Assembly: GCA_963789615.1 (NCBI GenBank) | Contig: CAWBLI010000005.1 | Coordinates: forward strand, 1,821,427 to 1,885,426 | Reading direction: 5' to 3' | DNA: 64,000 bases | From: an uncultured Actinomycetota bacterium | GTDB lineage: Bacteria; Actinomycetota; Actinomycetes; JAFAQI01 | In this document: positions 28,946 through 37,879 of the stretch, one piece after another | Numbering within the stretch: position 1 is the first letter of the stretch | Layout: each line of letters starts with the position of its first letter | Translations under genes and position numbers: made by a program | Notes under the pieces: model-generated | Database searches by the model: none | The model's input: only the letters and a program-made list of their open reading frames with translations | What the model was told of the DNA's origin: nothing

Positions 28946-30019
28946 TCATGCGCCCTCGCCGTCTGCGCGCGTCACAACGAGTTGTGGCGCGGCAACATCG
29001 AGCCGCCAACAGGCAGCGGAGCGCATCGCGGAGATCGGTTGGGGCGGTGGCATCTCGGTCCGGCAGCGGTCGATCGCCAGCGGGCACCTCGGACTGAAGG
29101 GGCACCCGGTGGCGGCTGGACCTGCATGCTCGGGGTCCGGGCGGCTGGTGGTCCCGGCGCGCAACACGCCCCCCAGGTTGTCCGGGTCGGGCGCCGACGC
29201 GACGAGGAGCTGCGAATAGGGATGCGCTGGGGTCCGGGTCACTTCTTCGGCAGGACCGCGTTCGACGATCCGGCCGCCGTACATGACGAGGACCTCGTCG
29301 GCGAAGTACCGGGCCGATGCGATGTCGTGCGTGATGTAGAGCAGGGCGAGATGCAGCCGCTGCCGCAGATCGTCGAGCAGCTTGAGCATCTCGAGCCGGA
29401 TCGAGACGTCCAGCATCGAGACCGGTTCGTCGGCGAGCAGCACCCTCGGCTGCGCCGCGAGCGCCCGGGCGAACGCGACGCGCTGGCGCTGTCCGCCCGA
29501 CAGCTCGTGGGGGTACTTCGCGAGATAGTGCTCGGCCGGTGTCAGGCGCACCGAGTCGAGCAGCGCCGAGACCTCTTTCGTGACCTCGGTGCGGCTGGCC
29601 TTTCCCTGGTGCAGCTTGACCGGTCGGGCCAGGTGGTACCCCACGGTGTGGATCGGGTTCAGCGAGGCGAAAGGGTCCTGGAAGACGAGCTGGACCTCGC
29701 TCTTGTAGCGACGCGCGGCCCGCCCCGACGTCGGGGTGACCGGCTGTCCGTCGAGTCGGACCTCGCCGGCCGTCAACCGCTCCTGGCCGGCGAGCAGCTT
29801 CGCCACCGTGGACTTCCCGGAGCCGCTCTCGCCGACCAGGGCGACGACCGCCCCGCGATAGAGACGGAACGTGACGTCGCGAACTGCACGAACGGTCTGG
29901 TGGCGGTCGATCCGGTAGGTCTTGTCGAGCCCGATCGCTTCCATCGCGAGCTCTCCGCGTGCCGCAGCGGCGGAGGTGACGTCCAGCTCCGGAGGCTCTC
30001 CGGTCGGCGCGGCCGTCAT
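28946..30019 (-). CDS. ABC transporter ATP-binding protein (DppF/OppF type)
   Basis: The start ATG at 30019 overlaps the upstream stop (ATGA). Motifs are 'VALVGESGSGKSTVAK', 'YPHELSGGQRQRVAFARALAAQPRVLLADEPVSMLDV', 'HPYSQLL' and 'GCPFSPRCP'. The 801-aa track ORF 28946..31351 is an out-of-frame extension. Confidence 0.9.
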   Translation of the reverse strand: MTAAPTGEPPELDVTSAAAARGELAMEAIGLDKTYRIDRHQTVRAVRDVTFRLYRGAVVALVGESGSGKSTVAKLLAGQERLTAGEVRLDGQPVTPTSGRAARRYKSEVQLVFQDPFASLNPIHTVGYHLARPVKLHQGKASRTEVTKEVSALLDSVRLTPAEHYLAKYPHELSGGQRQRVAFARALAAQPRVLLADEPVSMLDVSIRLEMLKLLDDLRQRLHLALLYITHDIASARYFADEVLVMYGGRIVERGPAEEVTRTPAHPYSQLLVASAPDPDNLGGVLRAGTTSRPDPEHAGPAATGCPFSPRCPLAIDRCRTEMPPPQPISAMRSAACWRLDVAAPQLVVTRADGEGA

Positions 30020-31077
30020 GGCCCGACCGTCTTGCGCGGCTCGGGCGCGGTGACCAGCGGCGGCAGTGCTGCGGTCGGCGGCCCGACGAACGGGCACGCG
30101 GTGACGTGGTCCGGATCGGCGCTGGTCTTCGCTGGCCGCAGGGCCATATCGATCGTGGTGCACTGGTCCGTCCCGTAGTGGCAGCGCGGCAGGAACGGGC
30201 AGCCCTTGGGTGGAGTGCGGAGGTCGGGCGGCGACCCGGGGATCCCGGCCAGCTCTCGACGGGCGCCGTGCAGCGACGGGAACGAGTTGAGCAGGCCCTG
30301 GGTGTAGGGGTGCGTCGGCGCGTGATGGATCTCCGCCGCCGTACCGATCTCGACGAGGCGCCCGGCGTACATGACGGCGATCCGGTCGGCGAGCTCGAGC
30401 AACAGCGACAGATCGTGAGTGATGAACAGGATCGCGAACCCAAGGCTCCGTTGCAGCTCCACGATCTGGGCGAGGATGTCCCGCTGCATCACGACATCGA
30501 GAGCGGTGGTCGGCTCGTCCATGATCACGATCTCGGGGTCGGTGGCGAGCGCCATGGCGATCATCACCCGCTGCCGCATTCCGCCGGAGAGCTCGTGCGG
30601 ATAGCTGCGGAGCCGGGACCGCGGGATACCGACCAGGTCGAGCAGCGACCCGATCTTGTCCATCTGCTCGCTTCTCGACATGTCCAGGTGCGCCCGCAGG
30701 ACATCGAGCAGCTGGTCGCGGATGTTGAGGACGGGGTTCAGGGCGTTCATCGCGCTCTGGAAGACGATCGAGATGTGATCCCAGCGCAGTCGGCGCAGCT
30801 CCTTCGGGCCCATCTGCAGGATGTCCGTCGGCTCGCTCGCCCGGCGGCCGCGATACCTCACCTGCCCGCCGTCGATAACGGCCGGCGCGCGCAGCAGCCG
30901 GCAGGCGCCGAACGCGAGCGTCGACTTGCCCGACCCGCTCTCCCCGGCCAGGCCGACGACCTCGCCGGCATGCAGGTCGAGACTGACGTGGTCGACCGCG
31001 CGGACATCGCCGGCGGTGGACCGGTACACCACCGAGAAGTCGTCGATGGCGAGGACGGGCTCGCCGGCGGCGGTCAT
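30016..31077 (-). CDS. ABC transporter ATP-binding protein (DppD/OppD type)
   Basis: Intact 353-aa ORF with 'GLAGESGSGKSTLAF', '[38 protein letters not shown]', 'HPYTQGLL' and 'GCPFLPRC'. Confidence 0.92.
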   Translation of the reverse strand: MTAAGEPVLAIDDFSVVYRSTAGDVRAVDHVSLDLHAGEVVGLAGESGSGKSTLAFGACRLLRAPAVIDGGQVRYRGRRASEPTDILQMGPKELRRLRWDHISIVFQSAMNALNPVLNIRDQLLDVLRAHLDMSRSEQMDKIGSLLDLVGIPRSRLRSYPHELSGGMRQRVMIAMALATDPEIVIMDEPTTALDVVMQRDILAQIVELQRSLGFAILFITHDLSLLLELADRIAVMYAGRLVEIGTAAEIHHAPTHPYTQGLLNSFPSLHGARRELAGIPGSPPDLRTPPKGCPFLPRCHYGTDQCTTIDMALRPAKTSADPDHVTACPFVGPPTAALPPLVTAPEPRKTVGP

Positions 31078-32135
31078 CGCTGCGCGCCGTTCGCCTGGGC
31101 CGCACGCCGTTCGAGCAGCACGGTGCGAGATGACGAGTGGATGAGACCACCCAGTCGGCGGCGGCCGTGCGACGCCGCATGCAGGACCGGGGTCGGGTCG
31201 GCCGGACGGCGCCGCCGTCCCGCGATCTTGCCGCTCTCGGACTCACGCAGCCGGGGGTTCGTGAACTCGTCGATCCCGGAGTTGAGCAGGACGAGCGTCG
31301 TGCCCATGAGGGCGACCGCCAGCCCGGCAGGGACGAACCACCACCAGGCACCCAGCTCCAAGGCCTGCTGGCTCTGGGCCCAGTACAAGATGGTGCCGAG
31401 GCTCCAGCTGGACAGGTCGGTCAGGCCGATGAAGGAGAGCGCGACCGACGCGGTGATCGCGTACAGCACCGTGTTCACGAAGCTTGCCGCGATCAGGCTG
31501 ATCTCGTTCGGGAGGATCTCGAACGCAAGGATCCGGAACGTACCTTCGCCGGTTTCCCGAGACGCTGCAACGAAATCGCGGCCACGGATGGCCATCGTCT
31601 GAGCGCGGATCACCCGAGCACCCCAGGGCCAGCCCAGCGCGCTGAGTACGACGATCGTGGCGGTCTGGCCGCGCTGCGGCAGCAGACCCAGCAGCAGGAT
31701 CAACAGTGGCAGCGCGGGGATCACGAGGAAGACGTTGGTGACCAGCGACAGGAACTCATCCCACCAGCCGCCGAGATAGCCGGCTGCCATGCCGACGATG
31801 ACGGACAGGGAGGTCGCTACGACGCCGACGATGACGGCCAGCTCGAGGGTGAGCCGGATTCCGATCAGCACCTGGGAAAAGACGTCCTGGCCGCTTTGCG
31901 TCGTACCCAGCAGGTGGGAGCCGCTCGGCGCATGTAGCGACAGCGCCTGCGAGGGATTCTGGTACGACGGGTCGTACGGGCTGAACATCGGGCCGAACAC
32001 CGCGATCAGCACGAAGGCGCCGAGGAGGACCAGCCCCACCTTCGCCTTGGTGGGAAGTCGCCGCCAGATGTCACGCCGCTTGTGGGTAGGCGTGGCAGAA
32101 ACCGGCTCGACCTCGATCGGCAGCATCGTGACCAT
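31074..32135 (-). CDS. ABC transporter permease (DppC/OppC type)
   Basis: Intact 353-aa ORF containing 'HLLGTTQSGQDVFSQVLIGIRLTLELAV..'. It has an unusual ~70-aa C-terminal tail after '..DEFTNPRLRE'. Its start overlaps the upstream stop by 1 nt (TGATG). Confidence 0.9.
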   Translation of the reverse strand: MVTMLPIEVEPVSATPTHKRRDIWRRLPTKAKVGLVLLGAFVLIAVFGPMFSPYDPSYQNPSQALSLHAPSGSHLLGTTQSGQDVFSQVLIGIRLTLELAVIVGVVATSLSVIVGMAAGYLGGWWDEFLSLVTNVFLVIPALPLLILLLGLLPQRGQTATIVVLSALGWPWGARVIRAQTMAIRGRDFVAASRETGEGTFRILAFEILPNEISLIAASFVNTVLYAITASVALSFIGLTDLSSWSLGTILYWAQSQQALELGAWWWFVPAGLAVALMGTTLVLLNSGIDEFTNPRLRESESGKIAGRRRRPADPTPVLHAASHGRRRLGGLIHSSSRTVLLERRAAQANGAQR

Positions 32136-33118
32136 CAGGCGGCCTGCCGGGTCCGGGCGCGCGGGTCGGCGAAGACCACGACGATGTCGACGATGAGGTT
32201 CGCGATCAGGACCGCGAACGTGATGACGAGGAAGATCGCCTGCATCAACGGGTAGTCGTCCGAGGTCACGGCGTTCAGCAGCAGCAGGCCGATGCCCGGG
32301 TAGGAGAAGACGATCTCCATGACGATCGCGCCGGAGACGACGAAACCCAGCGCCAGGCCGAATCCCTGCAGCTGCGGGAGGATCGCGTTGCGCGCCGCGT
32401 AGGTCAACACAACCCGTCGGCTGGAGAGGCCTTTTGCCTGCGCTGCCAGCACATAATCCTCGCCGACAGTCGTAATCATGACGTTACGCATCTGCAGCAT
32501 CCAGCCCGCTACCGTCGTGATGACGATGGTGAACGCCGGAAGGAGCGAGTGGTAGACGGCGCTGGAGATGAAGGGCCAGTTCCAGCCCGGGAGCAGGCCG
32601 TTCGCGTAGCCCTGACCGACGGGGAACCAGTTGAGCTTGACGGCGAGGTACTCGAGGAGGATCAGCGCGAGGAAGAAGTAGGGCAGCGCCTGCAAGAACA
32701 TCAGTCCCGGCAACGCCCGGTCGGACCAGCCGCCGTGCCGCCAGCCGGCGATGATGCCCAGGCCGGTGCCGAGGACGAACGCGATCACGGTCGCGGTCCC
32801 GACCAGGATGAGGGTCCACGGGATGGTCTCGCCGAGCAGGGTCGACACCTTGGCGGGGTACTCGGTGAGGTCGGTGCCGAAGTTGAAGTGGACGACCTTG
32901 CCGAGGTACGCGACGTACTGATGCCACAGCGACCCTTGATTGCCGACGCCGAGCAGAGCCTGCAGCGACTTGTAGGCCGAGGGCTGCAGGTCGGGGAACT
33001 TCGCGAAGATGTTCTCGACGGCGCTGCCGGGCATCGCGCGCGGGATGAAGAAGTTGATGGTCAGCGCGGCCCAGGCAGTGACTGCATAGAACAGAAGTCG
33101 TCGAGCGATGAAGGCCAT
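32135..33118 (-). CDS. ABC transporter permease (DppB/OppB type)
   Basis: I prefer the start 'MAFIARRLLFYAVTAWAALTINFFIPRAMPG' at 33118, which overlaps the LacI stop by 1 nt. The C-terminus reads '..AQAKGLSSRRVVLTYAARNAILPQL..ANLIVDIVVVFADPRAR'. Confidence 0.9.
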   Translation of the reverse strand: MAFIARRLLFYAVTAWAALTINFFIPRAMPGSAVENIFAKFPDLQPSAYKSLQALLGVGNQGSLWHQYVAYLGKVVHFNFGTDLTEYPAKVSTLLGETIPWTLILVGTATVIAFVLGTGLGIIAGWRHGGWSDRALPGLMFLQALPYFFLALILLEYLAVKLNWFPVGQGYANGLLPGWNWPFISSAVYHSLLPAFTIVITTVAGWMLQMRNVMITTVGEDYVLAAQAKGLSSRRVVLTYAARNAILPQLQGFGLALGFVVSGAIVMEIVFSYPGIGLLLLNAVTSDDYPLMQAIFLVITFAVLIANLIVDIVVVFADPRARTRQAA

Positions 33119-34212
33119 CAGCTCACCGCCTTCGAACGGGCGGCGTGCGACGTTCGGCCTCGAGCAGTAGGGAGCGACTGCGGGCTCAGGTGGATCGGGT
33201 CGTTGCGGGTGCACCCGCAGCTGGCCCGGACGATCAGCTTGGTCGGCAGCATCTCCAACTGGGGCGGCAGCGAGGGATCCTCGATCCGCTCGAGCAGCCG
33301 GGAGCATGCCCGCTCCCCGAGCAGTCGGATCGGCTGGTGGACGGTGGTCAGGGCCGGCGACAGCAGCGCCCCCGGGAAGATGTCATCGAAGCCGACGACC
33401 GCAACGTCTTCCGGCACTCGCACCCCGGCCGCGACCAGCTCGCGAATGGCGCCGATCGCCATCTGGTCGTTGCCGCAGACGATCGCGTCCGGCAGCTCGC
33501 GGCGCGGCTTCGCCAGCAGGTCCAGTGCGGCGCGCTGGCCGCTGACCGCGGAGAACCGGCCCTCGACCATGCCGGTCAGCACCGCGCCTGGGTGGTCGGC
33601 GAGTACCTCTTCGAACGCGCTCCGTCGTACCAGTGCGTCCGGTGCGTCCGACGGTCCGGCCAGGTAGAACAGCCGGGTCATGGCGTGGTCCTCCACCAGG
33701 TGACTGACCAGGGCCTTGGTTCCCGACCTGTTGTCCGCGTCGATCACGTCGATCTGGGTCTCGTCGGTCGAGCCGGCCACGAGCACCACGGGGAGCCGGG
33801 CAGCCAGCCGGGCCAGCTGCTCCGAGCTGACGATGCCCTCGGCGATGAGCAGGCCGTCCACCTTGCCGGACAGCGACTGCAGCCGTTGGTACCCCGCGTC
33901 GCCCTCCTGCAGGAACGAGATGAGCAGCGACCACCCGATCTGTCCGAGCGGCGCCTCGACACCTCGCAGGACGTCCTCGACGAACAGCAGGCTCATCTCT
34001 TCGAGGTCCGTCTCCGGGCTGCGACTTTCCAGCGCGACCAGGCCGATGACCTCTTTGCGCCGCCGCGACAGGCTCTGCGCCGCACCGTCGGGGACGTAGC
34101 CCAGCGACTCGATCACCTCGAGCACCTTGGCCCGGGTGGACGCCCGGACCCGGTCCTGGCCATGGAGGACTCGAGAGACCGTGGCGGTCGAGACGCCCGC
34201 CTGCTGCGCCAC
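33118..34212 (-). CDS. LacI-family transcriptional regulator (true start probably upstream of 34212)
   Basis: 'AQQAGVSTATVSRVLHGQDRVRASTRAKVLEVIESLGYVPDGAAQSL' plus a periplasmic-binding-protein-like effector domain. The in-frame codons just upstream encode 'SVTLYDV', which is part of the LacI HTH, but no ATG, GTG or TTG precedes them. Confidence 0.85.
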   Translation of the reverse strand: MAQQAGVSTATVSRVLHGQDRVRASTRAKVLEVIESLGYVPDGAAQSLSRRRKEVIGLVALESRSPETDLEEMSLLFVEDVLRGVEAPLGQIGWSLLISFLQEGDAGYQRLQSLSGKVDGLLIAEGIVSSEQLARLAARLPVVLVAGSTDETQIDVIDADNRSGTKALVSHLVEDHAMTRLFYLAGPSDAPDALVRRSAFEEVLADHPGAVLTGMVEGRFSAVSGQRAALDLLAKPRRELPDAIVCGNDQMAIGAIRELVAAGVRVPEDVAVVGFDDIFPGALLSPALTTVHQPIRLLGERACSRLLERIEDPSLPPQLEMLPTKLIVRASCGCTRNDPIHLSPQSLPTARGRTSHAARSKAVS

Positions 34213-34344
34213 GTCGTAGAGCGTGACCGAGGCGGTCGATCGAGGGATCCGACGCTGTTGCGTGACGACCTCCTCGAGTACCGCCGGCGGGGCCGGCGAA
34301 GACCGGGTTGCCAGCGGGGTGGTGCCTCGCTGTATGGTCTAACC

Positions 34345-34358
34345 GCTTACATGTAGGC
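34345..34358. promoter_or_regulatory. candidate LacI operator in the divergent lacI / beta-glucosidase intergenic region
   Basis: 'GCTTACATGTAGGC' is 12/14 palindromic with a perfect TACATGTA core. 'GCTTACAT' repeats at 34359-34366. The patch is locally AT-rich. Confidence 0.35.
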
Positions 34359-34430
34359 GCTTACATTAGGCAGGGCACCCCTGGTCGTCAAGGGTCCACT
34401 CGTAACGGCGTCGTAACAGTTGGAGGTTCG

Positions 34431-35837
34431 ATGAGTCCGTCTTCTATCCAGGGTGGTCGACCCGAGCGGCACTTCCCGGACGGTTTCCTGTGGGGCGTCG
34501 CGACCGCGGCGTACCAGATTGAGGGGGCCGTGACCGAGGGCGGGCGCGGTACGTCGATCTGGGACACCTTCAGCCACACGCCGGGGAAAGTGCGACACGG
34601 CGACACCGGCGATATCGCCTGCGACGCCTACCACCGGATGGACGAGGACCTCGACCTGCTCAGCCGGCTCGGCATCAGCGCCTACCGGTTCTCGATCGCG
34701 TGGCCGCGGATCCAGCCGACCGGCTCCGGCCAGGTGAACGAGGAAGGTCTCGATTACTACCGGCGGTTGGTGGCCGGGCTACATGCCCGAGGCATCGAAC
34801 CAGTTGCGACCGCTTATCACTGGGATCTCCCCCAACCGCTGGAAGATGCGGGCGGCTGGCCGGTCCGTGACACGGCTGAACGATTCGCGGACTACGTCGC
34901 GATCGTCGGGCGGGCGCTCGGCGACGGCATCTCGCGCTGGATCACCATCAACGAGCCTTTGGTCGTCGCCGACCATGGCTACCGGGTCGGCAACCACGCG
35001 CCCGGTCGCACCGACGACGTGGCAGCGGCAGCCGCCACTCACCACCTGCTACTCGGACACGGTCTCGCGGTCGCGGCGCTACGCGCGGAGACCACCGGGC
35101 AGCACCAGATCGGCATCACGCTGAACCTCACTCCCGCGCGTCACGCAACACCCGAAGCGAAGCCCGCCGCCGACGAGATCGAGGCAGAATCCAACCGGAT
35201 CTTCCTCGACCCGCTGATCTCCGGCTCGTACCCGGTCGGTGCCGTTCGCGCGTCCCTGCTACCGGATGACGAGCTCGTGCACGCCGACGACATGGCGACG
35301 ATCAGCGCGCCGCTGGACTTCCTGGGGATCAACTACTACAACCCTGTCCTGGTCGGGCTGCGCGACGAGTCGGACGATCTCCGGTCCGGCGAACGCCGGG
35401 TGCCGGCGCACCCAGGTGTCGTTACGATCTCGCTGCCTGAGCAGCCGGTCACGGCCATGGGATGGCCGGTCGATGCCGAGGGTCTCTACGACCTGCTGCT
35501 GCAGGTGCGCGACCGAGTTCCGCAGCTACCGCTCTACATCACCGAGAACGGCATGGCGGCCCACGACTACGTCGACCCGAACGGTGAGGTCGTCGACGAC
35601 GAGCGGGTCGACTACCTGCACGGTCACCTCGACGCGGCGGCTCGTGCGATCGACGCAGGCGTCGACCTTCGCGGCTACTTCTGCTGGTCGTTCCTCGACA
35701 ACTTCGAATGGGCCGAGGGCTATTCGAAGCGGTTCGGGCTGGTCTTCATCGACTACGGCACCCAGCGGCGCATCCCCAAGCAGAGCGCGGCTTTTTACTC
35801 GCAGGTCGCGCATTCGAATGTGCTGCCTGCTGGGTGA
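34431..35837 (+). CDS. GH1 beta-glucosidase
   Basis: ATG 34431 has 'ggagg' 5 nt upstream. Motifs are 'FLWGVATAAYQIEGA', 'ITINEPLVV' (acid/base NEP) and 'YITENGMA' (nucleophile ENG). The ORF is intact to the stop at 35837. Confidence 0.92.
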   Translation: MSPSSIQGGRPERHFPDGFLWGVATAAYQIEGAVTEGGRGTSIWDTFSHTPGKVRHGDTGDIACDAYHRMDEDLDLLSRLGISAYRFSIAWPRIQPTGSGQVNEEGLDYYRRLVAGLHARGIEPVATAYHWDLPQPLEDAGGWPVRDTAERFADYVAIVGRALGDGISRWITINEPLVVADHGYRVGNHAPGRTDDVAAAAATHHLLLGHGLAVAALRAETTGQHQIGITLNLTPARHATPEAKPAADEIEAESNRIFLDPLISGSYPVGAVRASLLPDDELVHADDMATISAPLDFLGINYYNPVLVGLRDESDDLRSGERRVPAHPGVVTISLPEQPVTAMGWPVDAEGLYDLLLQVRDRVPQLPLYITENGMAAHDYVDPNGEVVDDERVDYLHGHLDAAARAIDAGVDLRGYFCWSFLDNFEWAEGYSKRFGLVFIDYGTQRRIPKQSAAFYSQVAHSNVLPAG

Positions 35838-35855
35838 CTCGGCTGGGGTGGTTGC

Positions 35856-37073
35856 CTATCGGGTACAGACAGATGGGCTGTACGGATTCCCGCTGTCGTC
35901 GGACCGCGCGCTGCGGTTGCTGACGGCAGCCGAATCGCAGGAGCTCGATTCGTCGCGGTGTGACCGCGCACTCGCGTCGTCAGGTGCAATGGGTAGTTGG
36001 ACGATGGCGCGCAGCCCTCCAGCGGGGCGGGGCAATAGGACGAGGGTTCCTTCGTGCGCCCGGGTGATGCTCTTGACGATTGCTAAACCGAGACCCACGC
36101 CCCCGTGGTCGGTATGTACGCGCTGGGTGCCGCGTTGAAACGGCTCCTCAAGCAAGGAGACCATTTGGGGGGTCAGCCTCTGGCCGGTGTTCTCGACCGC
36201 GAGCTCCACAGTGTCGCCCTGAACATTCGTGGTGACCCACACGGTGCCCTGTTCGGCCAGATTATGAACGATCGCGTTGTGTATGAGATTCATCGTCATC
36301 TGCAGCAGGAGGGCATGGGAGCCGGCGGCGGTGGTCACCACACCCGTGGTCCTGATGCTGACGCCACGCTTCTCGGCGAGAGGGAGGAGCGTCTCAGTCG
36401 CTTCTTCCGCGACCAGCGATAGGTCCACGGGTTCTCGGGTGAACGATCGTTGATCGGCGCGGCTGAGCAGGAGAAGTGCTTCGGTGAGGTCGATCGCTCT
36501 CGTGTTGACGGCATGGAGGCGCTGGACAAGTTCGTCGTTGTTGTGGTTCGGGTCGTTACGGGCGACGTCGAGAAGACTCTGCGTGATCGCCAGCGGGGTG
36601 CGCAGTTCGTGGGAGGCGTTGGCCGCGAACCTCTTCTGCTCGCCGACGTGCGCTTCCAGCTGGGCGAGCATGACGTCGAAGCTGTCCGCGAGTTCCCGGA
36701 ACTCGTCTTGACGTCCTTCCAACTCGATCCGGTGGGAGAGAGACCCGGTCGCGGCGACGCGGGTGGCGTCGGTTATGCGGGTGAGGGGGGCGAGCATCCG
36801 TCCGGCGAGAAACCAGCCGCCGACGAGACCGAGCACAAGTAGCACAGCTAAGGCGATGGCAGCGGTGGGGATGAAATCGGCCAGCAAGCCGCGGCGGCTG
36901 GGTCCCGAGTGGGGGGTTGCGCCAGGGCTAGCGAAGACGAACTCATGGAGCGGGCACGTAGCGCAGGAGGAATATCCCACTGCTACGAGGAGCAAGAACC
37001 CAGCGACCATGAGGAACCCGGCGTAGCTGAGGGTGAGTTTGAGGCGGACGCTCAGGCCGGGGGCTCTAGCCAC
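35856..37073 (-). CDS. sensor histidine kinase (TM-HAMP-HisKA-HATPase)
   Basis: The GTG start at 37073 overlaps the response-regulator stop (GTGGCTAG). Motifs are 'FAANASHELRTPLA' (H-box), 'LIHNAIVHN' (N-box) and 'GGVGLGLAIVKSI' (G-box). It is read as the C-terminal 405 aa of track ORF 35856..37859. Confidence 0.8.
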   Translation of the reverse strand: MARAPGLSVRLKLTLSYAGFLMVAGFLLLVAVGYSSCATCPLHEFVFASPGATPHSGPSRRGLLADFIPTAAIALAVLLVLGLVGGWFLAGRMLAPLTRITDATRVAATGSLSHRIELEGRQDEFRELADSFDVMLAQLEAHVGEQKRFAANASHELRTPLAITQSLLDVARNDPNHNNDELVQRLHAVNTRAIDLTEALLLLSRADQRSFTREPVDLSLVAEEATETLLPLAEKRGVSIRTTGVVTTAAGSHALLLQMTMNLIHNAIVHNLAEQGTVWVTTNVQGDTVELAVENTGQRLTPQMVSLLEEPFQRGTQRVHTDHGGVGLGLAIVKSITRAHEGTLVLLPRPAGGLRAIVQLPIAPDDASARSHRDESSSCDSAAVSNRSARSDDSGNPYSPSVCTR

Positions 37074-37787
37074 GCTCGGCCTCCCGGGGGTCGGTGTTCG
37101 GTCCGGTGCCGATGCGGTAGCCGACGCCGGGCACGGTCTCGATAATCCAGGGCGGTCCCAGTCGCTTACGCAGCGCGGATACGGTGATCCGCACCGCGTT
37201 GGTGAACGGGTCAGCGTTCTCATCCCAGGCCCGCTCAAGAATTCCTCGGCACTGATCACGCCGCCTCCGGCGGCGATGAGGACTTCGAGCACGGCGAACT
37301 GTTTGCGGGTGAGGGCGACGTAGCGGCCGTCGCGGTAGACCTCGCGGCGGAACGGGTCCAGGCGAAGGCCCGCGATCTCTCGCACGGGCGGGCGGCTGTG
37401 GGCGCGTCGGCGGTCGAGGGCGCGGAGGCGGAGCACCAGCTCTCGGAGCTCGAAGGGTTTGGTGAGGTAGTCATCGGCGCCTAGTTCGAAGCCGGACGCC
37501 TTGTCATCAAGACGGTCGGCAGCGGTCAACATGAGGATCGGCATGCCGCTGCCGCTGGTAATAATCCACTGAGCGATGTCGTCACCGGACGGGCCCGGGA
37601 TGTCACGGTCGAGGACGGCAATGTCGTAGGAGTTGAGGCTCAGCAGTTCCAGGGCGGTGTCGCCGTCGTCGGCGATGTCGGCGGCGATCGCTTCGAGTCG
37701 AAGACCATCGCGGATGGCCCCGGCCATCAACGGTTCGTCCTCGACGATCAACACCCTCACACGGTCCATGCGTCTCAGCCGCGGCAT
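37066..37787 (-). pseudogene. OmpR/PhoB-family response regulator, 1 frame switch
   Basis: 'RVLIVEDEPLMAGAIRDGL..DIAVLDRDIPGPSGD..LMLTAADRLDDKASGFELGADDYLTKPF' is followed by a switch near 37241 (at 'gaggaattcttgagc'). That restores 'LERAWDENADPFTNAVRITVSALRKRLGPPWIIETVPGVGYRIG..*' with the stop at 37066-37068. The start is 37787 or 37769. Confidence 0.82.
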
Positions 37788-37879
37788 TTCGTCGACATAT
37801 CGAAAATCCCTTACGGCCGGCAACACCCTGTTGCGTTGACTGCTGATGTGACCATCCACAGCCGATCGGCAACACCATC

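Noticed and set aside
28946-31351. 801-aa minus-strand ORF (and 28935..30443, 502 aa)
   Set aside because: Only the C-terminal 358 aa (from ATG 30019) are ABC-ATPase sequence. The N-terminal part is an out-of-frame read through the neighbouring, independently supported ATPase and permease genes.
34335-34346. DasR-like dre half-site 'TGGTCTAACC' in the lacI/bgl intergenic region
   Set aside because: It matches the TGGTCTAGACCA-type consensus only if a 1-nt gap is allowed, and it lacks the second half-site. The TAG within it is simply the in-frame stop upstream of lacI. The evidence is insufficient.
35856-37859. 667-aa ORF suggesting a hybrid response-regulator/histidine-kinase protein
   Set aside because: The receiver domain is followed, one frame over, by a complete OmpR-type wHTH ending at 37066-37068. 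The kinase has its own GTG at 37073 overlapping that stop. The apparent fusion is created by the single frame switch near 37241.
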